Positions 25,533 to 36,997 of a DNA stretch of 51,443 nucleotides are shown here, in pieces (position 1 is the first letter of the stretch; every line of letters starts with the position of its first letter). Position numbers and translations under genes: made by a program. Where the stretch lies: the NCBI GenBank assembly GCA_038496445.1, contig JALMLS010000111.1:1-51443 (forward strand), given 5' to 3'. The stretch comes from Trichosphaerium sp. ATCC 40318 (taxonomy: Eukaryota > Protista > Tubulinea). The notes under the pieces were generated by a model. It ran no database searches. It was not told the DNA's origin and worked only from the letters and a program-made list of their open reading frames with translations.

Positions 25533-27092
25533 ATGGAAAATACCGCGACTGAGCTTGTAGCACTCCCAGTCGAAGTAATCGCTCATATTCTCAAACAAGG
25601 AACATTTACACTGCGCTCAGCGCAGACGTGCCGCTTATTACGTGATATCGTCCATAATATCATCGGATACGGCAAAATATTTGTCAAATCTGAAAGCGCA
25701 GCGAAAATCCTTTCAGGAAGTCCTTTGCTGAAGAATACCAAAATCTCTTTTTTTCGAAACTTTAGAGAGCACGTGAATGACAACTATCTGAAACTCCTCG
25801 CAGGAGCACATACTATCAACCTAGATAACTGTCAGTCAATAACAGATGATGGTATCAAGGCATTGGCCGGTGTACATACTATTGATTTATCACGTACAAA
25901 AGCAACAGATGAAGGCATCATGGCGTTAGCCGGTGTACATACTATTGATTTAGTAGAGACAAAAGTAACAGATGAAGGTGTAAAGGCATTGGCTGGTGTA
26001 CATACTATTTATTTATCAGAGACAAAAGTAACAGATGAAGGTGTAAAGGCATTGGCCGGTGTACATACTATTGATTTATCACGTACAAAAGTAACAGATG
26101 AAGGTTTAAAGGCATTGGCTGGTGTACATACTATTTATTTATCAGAGACAAAAGTAACAGATGAAGGTTTAAAGGCATTGGCCGGTGTACATACTATTGA
26201 TTTATCACATACAAAAGCAACAGATGAAGGCATCATGGCTTTAGCCGGTGTACATAATATTAATTTAAGACACACAAATGTAACAGATGAGGGTTTAAAG
26301 GCATTGGCTGGTGTAAATTCTATTGATTTATCACAGGCAAAAGTAACAGATGAAGGTGTAAAGGCATTGGCCGGTGTACATATTATTGATTTATCACGTA
26401 CAAAAGTAACAGATGAAGGTGTCAAGGCATTGGCAGGTGTACATACTATTGATTTAGCAGAGACAAAAGTAACAGATGAAGGTGTCAAGGCATTGGCCGG
26501 TGTACATACTATTGATTTATCATGTACAAAAGTAACAGATGAAGGTGTCAAGGCATTGGCTTGTGTACATGAAATTTATTTATCACGTACAAAAGTAACA
26601 GATGAAGGTGTAAAGGCATTGGCCGGTGTACATACTATTGATTTATCACATACAAACATAACAGATGAGGGTTTAAAGACATTGGCCGGTGTACATACTA
26701 TTTATTTAGCAGAGACAACAGTAACAGATGAGGGTTTAAAGGCATTGGCTGGTGTACATACTATCACCTTATTTAATTGTTTATCAATAACAGACAAAGG
26801 TATAGTTTTTTTGGCAGGTGCACGTGTTATCGATTTATCGCACACAAATGTAACAGATGAGGGTTTAAAGGCACTGGCTGGTGTACATGAGATTTATTTA
26901 ATACGTACAGATGTAACAGATGAAGGTATAGCTTTTTTGGCAGGTGTACACAAGATTGATTTATCACGGACAAATGTAACAGATGAAGGTTTGAAGGCGT
27001 TGGTAGGTGTACATGAAATTTATGCTAAATTATGTAACTTTATTACACAAAAGGGCATCGAGGTGTTACATGGTGCATACAAAGAAATGTAG
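25533..27092 (+). CDS. F-box-like + about 20 LRR protein, intronless, 63-bp tandem coding repeat
   Basis: LVALPVEVIAHILKQ followed by LAGVHTIDLSRTKVTDEGVKA units; DNA unit approximately ggcattggccggtgtacatactattgatttatcacgtacaaaagtaacagatgaaggtgtaaa. Confidence 0.92.
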   Translation: MENTATELVALPVEVIAHILKQGTFTLRSAQTCRLLRDIVHNIIGYGKIFVKSESAAKILSGSPLLKNTKISFFRNFREHVNDNYLKLLAGAHTINLDNCQSITDDGIKALAGVHTIDLSRTKATDEGIMALAGVHTIDLVETKVTDEGVKALAGVHTIYLSETKVTDEGVKALAGVHTIDLSRTKVTDEGLKALAGVHTIYLSETKVTDEGLKALAGVHTIDLSHTKATDEGIMALAGVHNINLRHTNVTDEGLKALAGVNSIDLSQAKVTDEGVKALAGVHIIDLSRTKVTDEGVKALAGVHTIDLAETKVTDEGVKALAGVHTIDLSCTKVTDEGVKALACVHEIYLSRTKVTDEGVKALAGVHTIDLSHTNITDEGLKTLAGVHTIYLAETTVTDEGLKALAGVHTITLFNCLSITDKGIVFLAGARVIDLSHTNVTDEGLKALAGVHEIYLIRTDVTDEGIAFLAGVHKIDLSRTNVTDEGLKALVGVHEIYAKLCNFITQKGIEVLHGAYKEM

Positions 27093-27138
27093 TAATAAAA
27101 TACATTGTTTAAATTACTAGAGAAAATAACTGTAGCAT

Positions 27139-27400
27139 ATGTCTGTGTACTGCTGTCAGGTGTGCAAAAGCATTTTTGATGTACCTGTGGCTACACTTAA
27201 GACAGTTAGAAAAGCCAACCATTTTGCAAAAACAGATTCAGGTTTGAAGGCTTCGGCAGGTGTATATGAGATTTATCACATGTTTGAAGGTGCACGTGCA
27301 CATAAAATTTCTCTGCAAGCTTGTGCATCCATAAGAGATGATTGATGAAGAAAGCACGAGCCATGGCTAGACTATCTTATGATTACTCTAGGTGTACATA
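27139..27400 (+). pseudogene. Decayed LRR relic of the AGVHTI family
   Basis: TDSGLKASAGVYEIY and GAHKISLQACASIRDD fragments with frame disruptions. Confidence 0.55.
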
Positions 27401-27449
27401 GACGTTCTTCCAAACAAATAGAATTTCGAATGAAAGCAATATTGTTTTT

Positions 27450-27722
27450 TTACATTCTTGGGCTTCCACCTTCGAATGCCATTTTTGCTAGATCTTTGTC
27501 ATTGCTAGATATCGTTACGATATTTGATATGCCTGTAGGTGGGTAGCAGAGGTCTTCTACCTGTGGGTCCCAAGTCAGAGCGTAGGTGTAGTCTGGTTTG
27601 GTATTAACCAGGATGCTTTTAGGGACTGTGACCGTGGCTTTAATCACTAATGTTCTGCCCAGTAGAGAATTGTATTTTTTACGAGCGTACTTTCGCACTG
27701 CTCGGATTAGTCTTGACATGTC
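27450..27722 (-). CDS. Small intronless orphan protein (~90 aa)
   Basis: ORF MSRLIRAVRKYARKKY...FEGGSPRM with higher GC than the flanks; no recognised domain. Confidence 0.45.
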   Translation of the reverse strand, partial: DMSRLIRAVRKYARKKYNSLLGRTLVIKATVTVPKSILVNTKPDYTYALTWDPQVEDLCYPPTGISNIVTISSNDKDLAKMAFEGGSPRM

Positions 27723-28837
27723 AAGCAGAAGTATAGATATTATAGTTGTAGTATTCGTATGCTCCACTAGATGAAAAAATACATTTTTCTTTTAACCAAG
27801 TATTCTTGTTGCAAAAAAATTGTGGTTTAACCCACGGTTTTTGTAAAAACTGGTCCAATGTGTTGTACGTGTTAATCAAAGCGTATCAAGGCGAAACAAT
27901 AGTATATATAAAGATTTTGTTGTTGGGATTTAAGATGTGGAGTTATGAAGTAAATCGAGAGTGGCTTTTTGAGAAACAAATGTGAAAAAAGTGAAATTTT
28001 GAAAAGACTTAAATGCAACTTACACTGGTTTCTATGTTACCGTGTGGTATATTCTACGCGTATTTTGAGACATTTCTATAGTTACAATGGATATTAAGCC
28101 AATACAAAATAATTTCAATCCAAAGAACTGAGAATCTGCTTAATCAACCTTTATTTACAAGTGGTATGTTATTAATGTCATGCAAGGTGCTTTTTGAGCT
28201 GTTCTGATCCAAAAAAAGGTCGATATTTCTGTTGTAGCTTCTCTAAAGCTCTTGTCGCTCAAAACGTGCCTCGATTTTATAACGTAGATGAATGATAGCG
28301 TTGGTGACGGTTTGAACCTATTACATGCCTTTTTGGTTCAAAAAAAACGTGATCGTACCGTTGCTCATTTTCTGTTGACTTTTGCTCTCAAACAAGCTTA
28401 ATTTGTTAAGATTTCCCTCCAAGACTCCTCAGAGTTTGGTGCACAGCTGTATCTAAGGCGTACCGCAATACGTATAGAACCTTTGTAAAAAGTGTCGTTT
28501 GAGAATAGAATCGTATGAAAGGTATTAATCGTCACTACGTTGAGTCTTTGCAGGCTACTGTAAGTTTAAGGCGTAGCAGCCTGAAATCAAGAAAGTTTAA
28601 GACTTTCGAACAGAGATGTATCTTTGTTAGACACTATACCCGATCACGTGATTAATCTAAGACAGTAATGGGAAAAAAGGAATTGAGCAAGTTTTTCTTC
28701 AGCACAAGTTTGTTTACAATAAAGTATAATCATCAAACATCGGGTCATTTCACAGAAACGGTTTTACGGCGCGATCCGGACTGATCTGGAAAGCAGCCTT
28801 ATCTGTAAACTTACACTGCTAAAACAACACTTCTTCA

Positions 28838-29977
28838 ATGGCAACGAACGCACACTTTAGAGATTCCTTTTCATCCTTAGAACCTACACACAAAGGCACC
28901 TACAGAGACCTACATAGCATTCCTCGAGAGATACTGCTTTATATTATGGATAAACACCATGAAGCATACGTAAAGATGCCTATGTTATCAAGAAAAATAG
29001 CTCTAACAAGGTTCGATGATCGTCTCGAAAAGCACGGCAAATGGGTGAAAAGAAAGCGTATTATTTTTTCACACCATCACCCAAAGGAACATATTGTACA
29101 AGTACATTACTGGATACATGGCGAATTAGCACAATTTATCAAGTTTCTTTGGGTACCCGTAGAATTTAACACCGAGTCCTTGTGCAGGCTACCAACTGAG
29201 AAGCTACATTGGGTAAATTTCGAACAACAAGAAAAAGTACATATCACGTGGTACAGCAATGGTCCCATAAGGAACCTAAGTTTGTCAGATAATAATATAC
29301 TGCAAGGAGAGTTTAGAAGGTGGTACAAGTGTCACTATGTGAAGGGTAAACGTGAAGGAGAGTATAACAAATGGTATGAAAACAATATCTTGATGAAACA
29401 ATATTATTACGTGAACGGTAAACGACATGGAAAGTGCAAGCAATGGTATGATAACAGTATATTGAAATTAGACGCTACCTACAAACACGGGAACAAAGAG
29501 GGAAAGTATAGGAGTTTCCATTCAAATGGTCAAGTTAAAGTGGAGTGTAACTATGCAAAAGGCAATAGACATGGAAAGTACAGAGCGTTTAATAAGTCAG
29601 GAAGTTTAAGGAGTGAACGAAAATATGTCAATGGCAAAATCAAAGGTGCATATAGAACCTGGTACAGTAATGGTAAGATGAAACTACTAGCCATCTATGT
29701 CAATGGTAGAAAAGAAGGGTTGTTCCAGACATGGTACAGAGATGGAAAAATAGATACGCAATGCTATTACAGCCACAATGAACTTCATGGAGAGTATAAA
29801 GAGTATTACGATAATGGTCAATTAAAACTTGAATGCCAGTTTGTCAATGGTACACTCAAAGGAAGATACAAGGAGTGGTCCGTAAAAGGAAGATTGAGTG
29901 GAGAACGAGTTCTAAGTCCTACCCAGCACAGAATTAGAATAATACTTAGGCCTCCGCAATGGTCGATTAAAACTTGA
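28838..29977 (+). CDS. F-box-like + MORN2 repeat protein, intronless, paralogue of 10021..10759
   Basis: LHSIPREILLYIMDKHHEAYVKMP...RFDDRLEKHGKWVK matches LPVELHLDIMDFSCEAYVKWP...RFNDTFEKHGRWVK; about 9 MORN2 repeats; decayed duplicated repeat at 29958-30050. Confidence 0.88.
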   Translation: MATNAHFRDSFSSLEPTHKGTYRDLHSIPREILLYIMDKHHEAYVKMPMLSRKIALTRFDDRLEKHGKWVKRKRIIFSHHHPKEHIVQVHYWIHGELAQFIKFLWVPVEFNTESLCRLPTEKLHWVNFEQQEKVHITWYSNGPIRNLSLSDNNILQGEFRRWYKCHYVKGKREGEYNKWYENNILMKQYYYVNGKRHGKCKQWYDNSILKLDATYKHGNKEGKYRSFHSNGQVKVECNYAKGNRHGKYRAFNKSGSLRSERKYVNGKIKGAYRTWYSNGKMKLLAIYVNGRKEGLFQTWYRDGKIDTQCYYSHNELHGEYKEYYDNGQLKLECQFVNGTLKGRYKEWSVKGRLSGERVLSPTQHRIRIILRPPQWSIKT

Positions 29978-30340
29978 ATGCCAATGATAGAGTCAAAGGA
30001 GGATGCAAAGAGTGGTCAGTAGGCGGAAGATTGTGTAGACAATAGAATACAAGCGCGTTCCGTGATCTTCATGCTGGCTGGTTTTACGCGTTGGCAACCG
30101 TTTGCATACTGCATAGATTAATGTCCAATCGCCTCTAGTACACTTTTATCTGATCCGACAGGACCTCAATAGACTTTGGATCGCTCACAATAGATACAAC
30201 ACAACCAACTGTAGTTAAAACTCGATGTCGACATGTACTAGTACGAAGTGACACTAGAAAGCACATCTTTGTAAATATAAAGATAAACAGGTCATGCACG
30301 TGTGAGAAAAGGTTTTTTTTATTTCATTTTTTTAGTTTAC

Positions 30341-32981
30341 TTATTGAAACAACAGTTTGTCTGTTTCTACAGAAACGCCAATCCTCGATTCAGCAAGTAC
30401 CAAAATATCTCCAAAATCAATATAATCAGCATAACGTGCAATAACAGAATCATCACCAGTGTGAGCTACAATTGATCCATTTGTAAGAGCGTAGTAGTCC
30501 AATCCTACAAAGAAATAAACAAAAAAAAAAAAACAAAAACGAAAAATCAAACAACTGTTTGAGTCTTTAACAAAATAAATGCAATAACCGTGTATAGTAC
30601 ACTTAAGTATGCAAATCATTCGTATTGTGTACGAGTCATTGCACCAAAGAATCTCAGAAACAGAGGAAACCGAAAAAATTCGGAGAAAAAAAAAAGATAT
30701 TTCGAAAAAAAACTCTTACCTCGTGACATTGATGGAACTGAACATAATCCTCCGGATGCAACAGAAACCTATGAAATAGCATTAAGAAATACGTACTAGC
30801 TCATTATTTTAGAAATACTTTTTGTCCTGAATCATCCATAACAACACCAAGTGGAGGGTTTAAAATTTGACCAAAGTTTGTACTCAAGCCATTAACTGAA
30901 CCTCTACGTTGCTCTGAGTATGCAATCTAGGGTAAAACGAATAAATTTCTCAGCTAAGTTAACAAAAAAAGAATTGAAAAAGAAATAAGAACATACCAAG
31001 AAAGAATTATCTCGTACAACTGATGTTGCTGTCAAGTAAAATTCATTTCCTCTTGGGTCTGGATTTTTAGATGATAGTACAAGCTCAGGTGTTACAGACG
31101 TGATACGATCATCATGAGTTGTCTAAACAATGAGAAAAGTGAGTAACTTGAAGCAAAAGTCAAACCAAAAAAAGACTGGTTTTATGGCTTTCTGTAAATT
31201 TTGATCTTACCTTAGCTACAACAGCTGTAATCCTATCTCCATTTGTGTAATCTGGATAAACAAATACGAAAGCATAATCGCTAAGTCTAGATAGGGCAAT
31301 ATACGACCAGCTCTCATCAGCTCCACCTAAAGAAAAAGAAAGCAATTTAGAAATCTTACTTTGTTACTTTTTTGGTCGCTTTACGGTGCCTTAAAATTAA
31401 AGAAACTAGACACACGTAGTTGTAGCAAACATGGATAAAACGGTCAAAAGAAATTTAGTTCCAGAGCAAGAAAGGAAAAGAAAAAAAAAACAATACCTGA
31501 GTTGAGCAATGTAGTTGATCCAAACTCTGGAATGCCTTGCTCATAATTTAATACAACAGATGTTATAGCATAATCTCTTTGTTGATCGTCAAACACAATA
31601 ACAACCTTAAGACAAAAAAAAATTGTCAGGGAGTACGACGTTGCGCAAACAAGTGCGTGTGAAAAAAAGCAAAAAAAAAGATAGCATTTACTTACAATAT
31701 TAGGGCGAAGCTGTACTGCATCAAAGAAGTAATTTGGTTGGATATTATTTAGAGATGTTATTTCGTGAAGTGTTAGATTCAATGAGCCTTAAAAAAAATT
31801 AATTAGCGTTCAACCACAAAACGAACTTGCTTCAAATTTTGTTTTGTGCAACATTAAAATGAAAAAAAAGTTGTACCTTGATTCCTCTCGTACTTGGCTA
31901 CTTGAGCAAACATTTGAGTTTGATTGTACCAAGTAAGCAAGTATGTAAAATCAGATAAAGGTGTTACATCTGCAGTCTCAGCATTACCATAATACCGAAC
32001 AATTGGACTCCAGACAACATCTACAAATTCAGAATAAAATAAGAAAAAAATTAACAAGAAAAGCTTTCTCCTACCTTTGCCTTTAACTTCACCTACACGT
32101 GTGTGAAGAGCATTTTCATTACCCATAAAGAATGTCAATGCAAAAGTGTTATCTTCTAGACGCGATACACGTGTATCAATGCTAGTAGCATCAGGTGAGG
32201 TGTAAGCTATTTTTTCTGATATTGTTTTATTTGAAGGCGTATAAATCATCACGCCTTTGCTCTCAGCAATAACAATTACGTCTGTAGATAGTAACGTTGC
32301 CTTATATATCGTGTTAGCGTTGTTTTGAATGCGTATAAAGGTCGTACGCGCATTGAGTACGCTGAAACTTCAAGGTCTACTATGGTGTCCCATTGGATAT
32401 CACTGTTAACTATTTCTCCATGCGCCACGCGTAATGTACCTTTTGAGCGTGTTAGAGTCTGGTAGATTTGAGAATAATGCCGTACCATCTACAAAAAACA
32501 AAACAATGTTCGATTCGGTTATTGCTAGCAGTCGTTAGGTGATTAGAAGCTAATAGCTACAAACGTACCAACCAGTTGAACGTATTGTGTACTTTCACCT
32601 ACGTTTAGGCTACTAGGGTGTCTGTAAATAGTACCACCAGCTCCTTGTACGATTTTATCTACATTTAAGTAAATACCGTTACACAAGCGTACACTAGGTC
32701 ATACCATCTTCTATGGAAACCACAAGACCTTTTGCAAGGTCTGCAACCTGATCATCCTTGTTGAAACTGACTTCTACACAAGCTGTCAAATCGTTGTATA
32801 CAATATTGCCCTAAGGTTCTCAGTACGTCTTTCACGCGTATACAATTACCTTTGTGTTGTTTTTGGCGAGCGCAACAATAACTAAGATAAACAACAAGAT
32901 ATTGAACGCAACGAACCCAAAAAATATCAATCGTAACCGTAGGTTACTCTGAGAACCGCCTATGAGAGGATTCGTTTCCAT
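30341..32981 (-). CDS. Multi-exon type II single-pass membrane protein with beta-rich repeats; function unknown; start uncertain
   Basis: METNPLIGG...LIFFGFVAFNILLFILVIVALA (TM segment), many GT-AG exons, repeated 'LSDxxFxxVY' blades, ends RIGVSVETDKLLFQ*. Confidence 0.7.
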
Positions 32982-33348
32982 CTAGCAGCGTACGAAGTTT
33001 CTGGGATTTGCCAGCAAAATCTGTTTCGGATTCAACCTAAACCCAAGTACCGCCAGGTAGCAATTACATGTACCCAGAATAGTATTGTAGGTGTTAAAAT
33101 TGTACTAGCGTTTTCTGGCTACGTCTAAAATAAGTAAACGGGTTGGAGGTAACGGCATCGCTAGCAAGCAGGTTAATAGAGTATAGTCCGCGGTAGTTTG
33201 TCATCACACGCTTAAGTTAGCTTTTTATTACGGTGATTTATTGGAGGGCAGCCCATTGAGAAAATACGCTACGGGGTAAACGAGATTTACAGTTTGAAAG
33301 CCAAACACGTTTTAAGCGACTTTTTAATCACACAAGTACTCAACAGAC

Positions 33349-35854
33349 ATGGCAGAGCCTCGTAAAGGCGAGACTGATTCTGTACTAAAGCACGAGCGTG
33401 CGTTTGTGTATATTTAGAACCAAAATCGCACCTTTCACACCTATTTTTCGTCCGCTGCGCTGTTTGCGTGCGAAACTAACTAAACTGCAGTTGATGATGG
33501 TTATTGTGACTTTGTTGCCGATGCTCCAGATAGGCATCTAGAAGTTTCAGAAGATACAGTACGGAAAGTAGCTGCCACTCAAGAGTATTTAAGACAATAT
33601 TACACCGAATTAATTTCGTATTTGAATCACCGTCAAAGAAGGTGCGTAATTACGATGTATGGATTATCGTTAACTCGCTTGCCACTGCTAGATACCAAAA
33701 CTTTAAGCAAAAACTCCAACGCCATAATTACAGTGATGAAGTACGACAAAAACACGCCCGAAGATACTTTAGAAAGGAGTCAAACTACTTGAGACGCAAA
33801 CGAAGCAGAATGACAATAAAGGATTTTCACTTGCTCGCTCTACTTGGAAAGGTACGTGTTAATAAAGCAAATACACGCGCAATGAGGTGATTCTAAAGCG
33901 AAATTCTAGGGTGGTTATGGTGAAGTTTACTTGACGCGCCACAGAAAGACTCAAGAGATCCTAGCGTTAAAGAAGATGAAAAAATCGAGGTTTGTAGCTA
34001 AAAATGAAGTACGTTTAGCGTGTAGAAACCGAGCAATTTTTGTTGAAATGACATTTGACATTTGGCTTTTTACAATCATATATTTACTCTGTTACAGGTA
34101 CACCGTGTCAAACAAGAGCGTAATATAATGGTAAAGACGAATTCAGAATGGCTTACTCAATTAAAATATTCGTTCCAAGATAAAGCGAATGTATACCTTG
34201 CTATGGTACCCTTGGGTTTTACATCATAACTGCTTGCGTTTATTTTTCTGAGCGAATTTTTTTTTTGGTTTTTTGTAGACACAAAGCCTTCCTTACTCTG
34301 TTTGTTAAAGGAATATATTGCTGGTGGAGATATTAAGCATTTACTTGATCATGTTGGATGTCTTCCTGAGGATGCTGCCAAGTTCTTCCTTACTGAGATG
34401 TTCTTGGCTGTTAATACATTACATAAGCTTGGTTACATCCATAGGTACAGTTTTTATTTGGTTTCCGCGTAGTTCCTTCATTTTTGTTTTAATTCCTTTT
34501 TGTTTTAATTCCTTTGTGATCTGTTCTATACTTACTCGGGTACAAGGGATCTTAAACCTGACAACTTTATGGTCGATGCAAGCGGGCATTTGAAATTAAT
34601 TGATTTTGGACTTTCTAAGCAAGGAATGGCGTCTTCTTTCTATAATTCGGCTAGTTTCAAGACATTCTCTTCTGTAAGTCGTTTTTTCTGAACCTCCCAA
34701 TTTGACGTATGCCATTGTTTTAATGTTTTTGTAGAGAAGAAAGAGTGACACATTAGGATCTACAACAAAACGAGGACCTAGACGAAAATCTAGAGTACGT
34801 ATTTGGTGATTGTTTTAAACAACTTGTTAATTGTTTTAGGCGTATTCTATGGTTGGTTCACCGGAGTATATGGCGATAGAGATTCTTGATGGTGAAGTAA
34901 GCGCTATTTCTTTTTAGATAGCTATAAGATCATTTTTATTTAATAGAGATCTAGGGGTATAGTTCTGTTGTTGATTACTGGTCTTTGGGTGTTATATTTT
35001 ATGAAATGCTGTTTGGTATCACACCGTTCATTGCAGACACTATAATTGACGTTTTCAGCAACATTGTGTTCGTATTTTCTTAATATGAAGCAGAAAGATT
35101 TACACGTAGTGACCTTATATTTACTTGCTTTAGAAACTATAATAAATCTCTTGTACGTGACCTTCATGAGAAGTATGGCGACGCTGAGGGCGCTGATATC
35201 CAAATTTCAGACGAAGCATGGGATTTATTGACCAAGTAAGGAATCTCAATGATAATCGTTGTAACACTCCTTGACTAGATTAATTTGTTCATCTGATACT
35301 CGTATTGGCGCTACAAATGGATTCAAAGATGTTCAAAATCATCCTTTTTTCGCTGATATTGAGTGGGAAGAGGTTCGCAACTTGGAACCTCCGTTTATAC
35401 CAGAGGTATGCTTCTTTCAAGTAAATGTAGTCGATTTTTGACTACGCGATTATACAGTTCGTCTAACCCATTGAACCTTCGCAAAACGCCTAAAAACTAA
35501 TGTATACATAGCTTGAGAGTGATATTGACACATCCTACTTTGTAAATGACGATATGGACTCTGGCGAGCTCGGTAACCTTGATGAGTTGCTAGAGGATGA
35601 TAGTGAACCTGGGGCATACTTAGGACAATTTTCTGCTAGAACAGACCTTAAGGAAGGAGGTGCGTAGTTGGTTAAAACTTTTTTTTTGTAGAATTCTTGT
35701 TTTGTTTGTTTGTTTGTTTATTGTTCTTATTTCGTCTTTAGGCACTACAGAAGGGGGTGATGCTTATGTACTTAAGTATGCTTTTGCTGGTTTTTCATTC
35801 AGACATTATGCAACGCTTAAAAAATCAGGAGAAGTCAAAAAAACAGCTGAGTAA
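33349..35854 (+). CDS. NDR/Dbf2/LATS-family AGC Ser/Thr kinase, multi-exon
   Basis: MOB-binding segment [13 protein letters not shown]; LGK|GGYGEV; ALKKMKK; HR|DLKPDN; DFGLS; [14 protein letters not shown]; DYWSLG; PPFIPE|[10 protein letters not shown]; hydrophobic motif FAGFSFR. Confidence 0.95.
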
Positions 35855-36164
35855 TAACTTTACTAAGCTTCAAAAAAAAAACCCCAAAGTAATTACAAAA
35901 ACAAATAGTTGCCTTTGTCAAAATAAAACTTGTACTGTACATTCTTTCAATATGATTTAATTAAAACTTTACAGGCTAACGAAAAGTATTACAAAAAGTT
36001 AGATTTATTACTCTAGAAGGAACTGAAAGTTAGTAGGTTCAAATTATTCTCTCTACAAAATTTGGCTTGTAAATCTGTAAAAAGTGCAACATGGATTTCT
36101 AAAAATATTGAAATATCCCTAAGCTAAATAAAAAAGCCATCACTTTTTGATTATGCAAAGATTA

Positions 36165-36260
36165 CAATAGTAGATTTCAGTACTCCAAACCGAGTCCTTG
36201 TGAGGCACCAACTGAAAGCCATTTAGAAACAAGAAAAAGTAATATCGCGTGGTAGAGCAC
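36165..36260 (+). pseudogene. Short decayed fragment of the 28838 MORN2 gene family
   Basis: accgagtccttgtgaggcaccaactgaaagcc...acaagaaaaagtaatatcgcgtggtagagca aligns to 29171-29258 with indels. Confidence 0.7.
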
Positions 36261-36997
36261 AACAAAATAGATTGCAGACTACAATAGATGGGTTATTGAC
36301 TCGATCCAACAAAGTATCGCTAACCACGTAGCTAGATATTTGCACCACAATTTATAAGTACTGAGTTTCAAAACCATACAACATGTGGTTTGATACGCGT
36401 TTAAACACGTGTATTTAATGTTAGAAAACACAGAAACTTGTTTAGCTTTAACGTCGCAAGGTACCAAACTTACTATGAATCATAATCGCGTAGTAAATAG
36501 AATTGGTAATAGCAGGAAAGTTTAGTGTGTATCAAATGTGTCGACTTAGTCGAAAAAAAGGAGTTTGTAGTTCAATGTACTAAAACATTTACTAACGCCA
36601 GTTAGATTTTAGATACAAACTACTTCATTCAATAGTCTTTCATACAAAAAATAGTACTTGTAGAGGTCAGGATAAAGTTGTTTTTAAATTCATATTTACT
36701 TAACAATTCATCGCATCCAACAGTTTACGTATTGATGACGTTAATGACATCAACAAGACCGTAATACACACTCACATCTGTATCCCTTATTTTCATTCGG
36801 AAAGGTTCTCTATCACACAAAATAGAATACCTGCGTAAAAATGTATAAGTGAACATTTCCGTTCTAAAAACCTACACCACGGTTCAGGAATAATAGGGCA
36901 TAACTCGTATTAATACCCCACTGTCTATAAGCGTATGTAGTCGAAAACTTTGTTTAGTTTAGAAAATAATAATAACAAACAATACCGGCAACAACTC

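Noticed and set aside
4495-27060. 69-bp and 63-bp tandem repeats as CRISPR arrays or DGR template/variable repeats
   Set aside because: They are in-frame coding repeats without unique spacers. No cas or reverse transcriptase gene is seen, and variation is not adenine-specific.
9295-29328. Antisense ORFs such as 9295..9534, 10427..10639, 24151..24573, 26135..26551 and 29107..29328
   Set aside because: Shadow frames of repetitive coding sequence on the opposite strand.
9111-29977. An integrated giant-virus genome segment
   Set aside because: No viral core genes (capsid, polymerase, packaging ATPase) are seen, and the virus-like genes are interleaved with intron-rich host genes.
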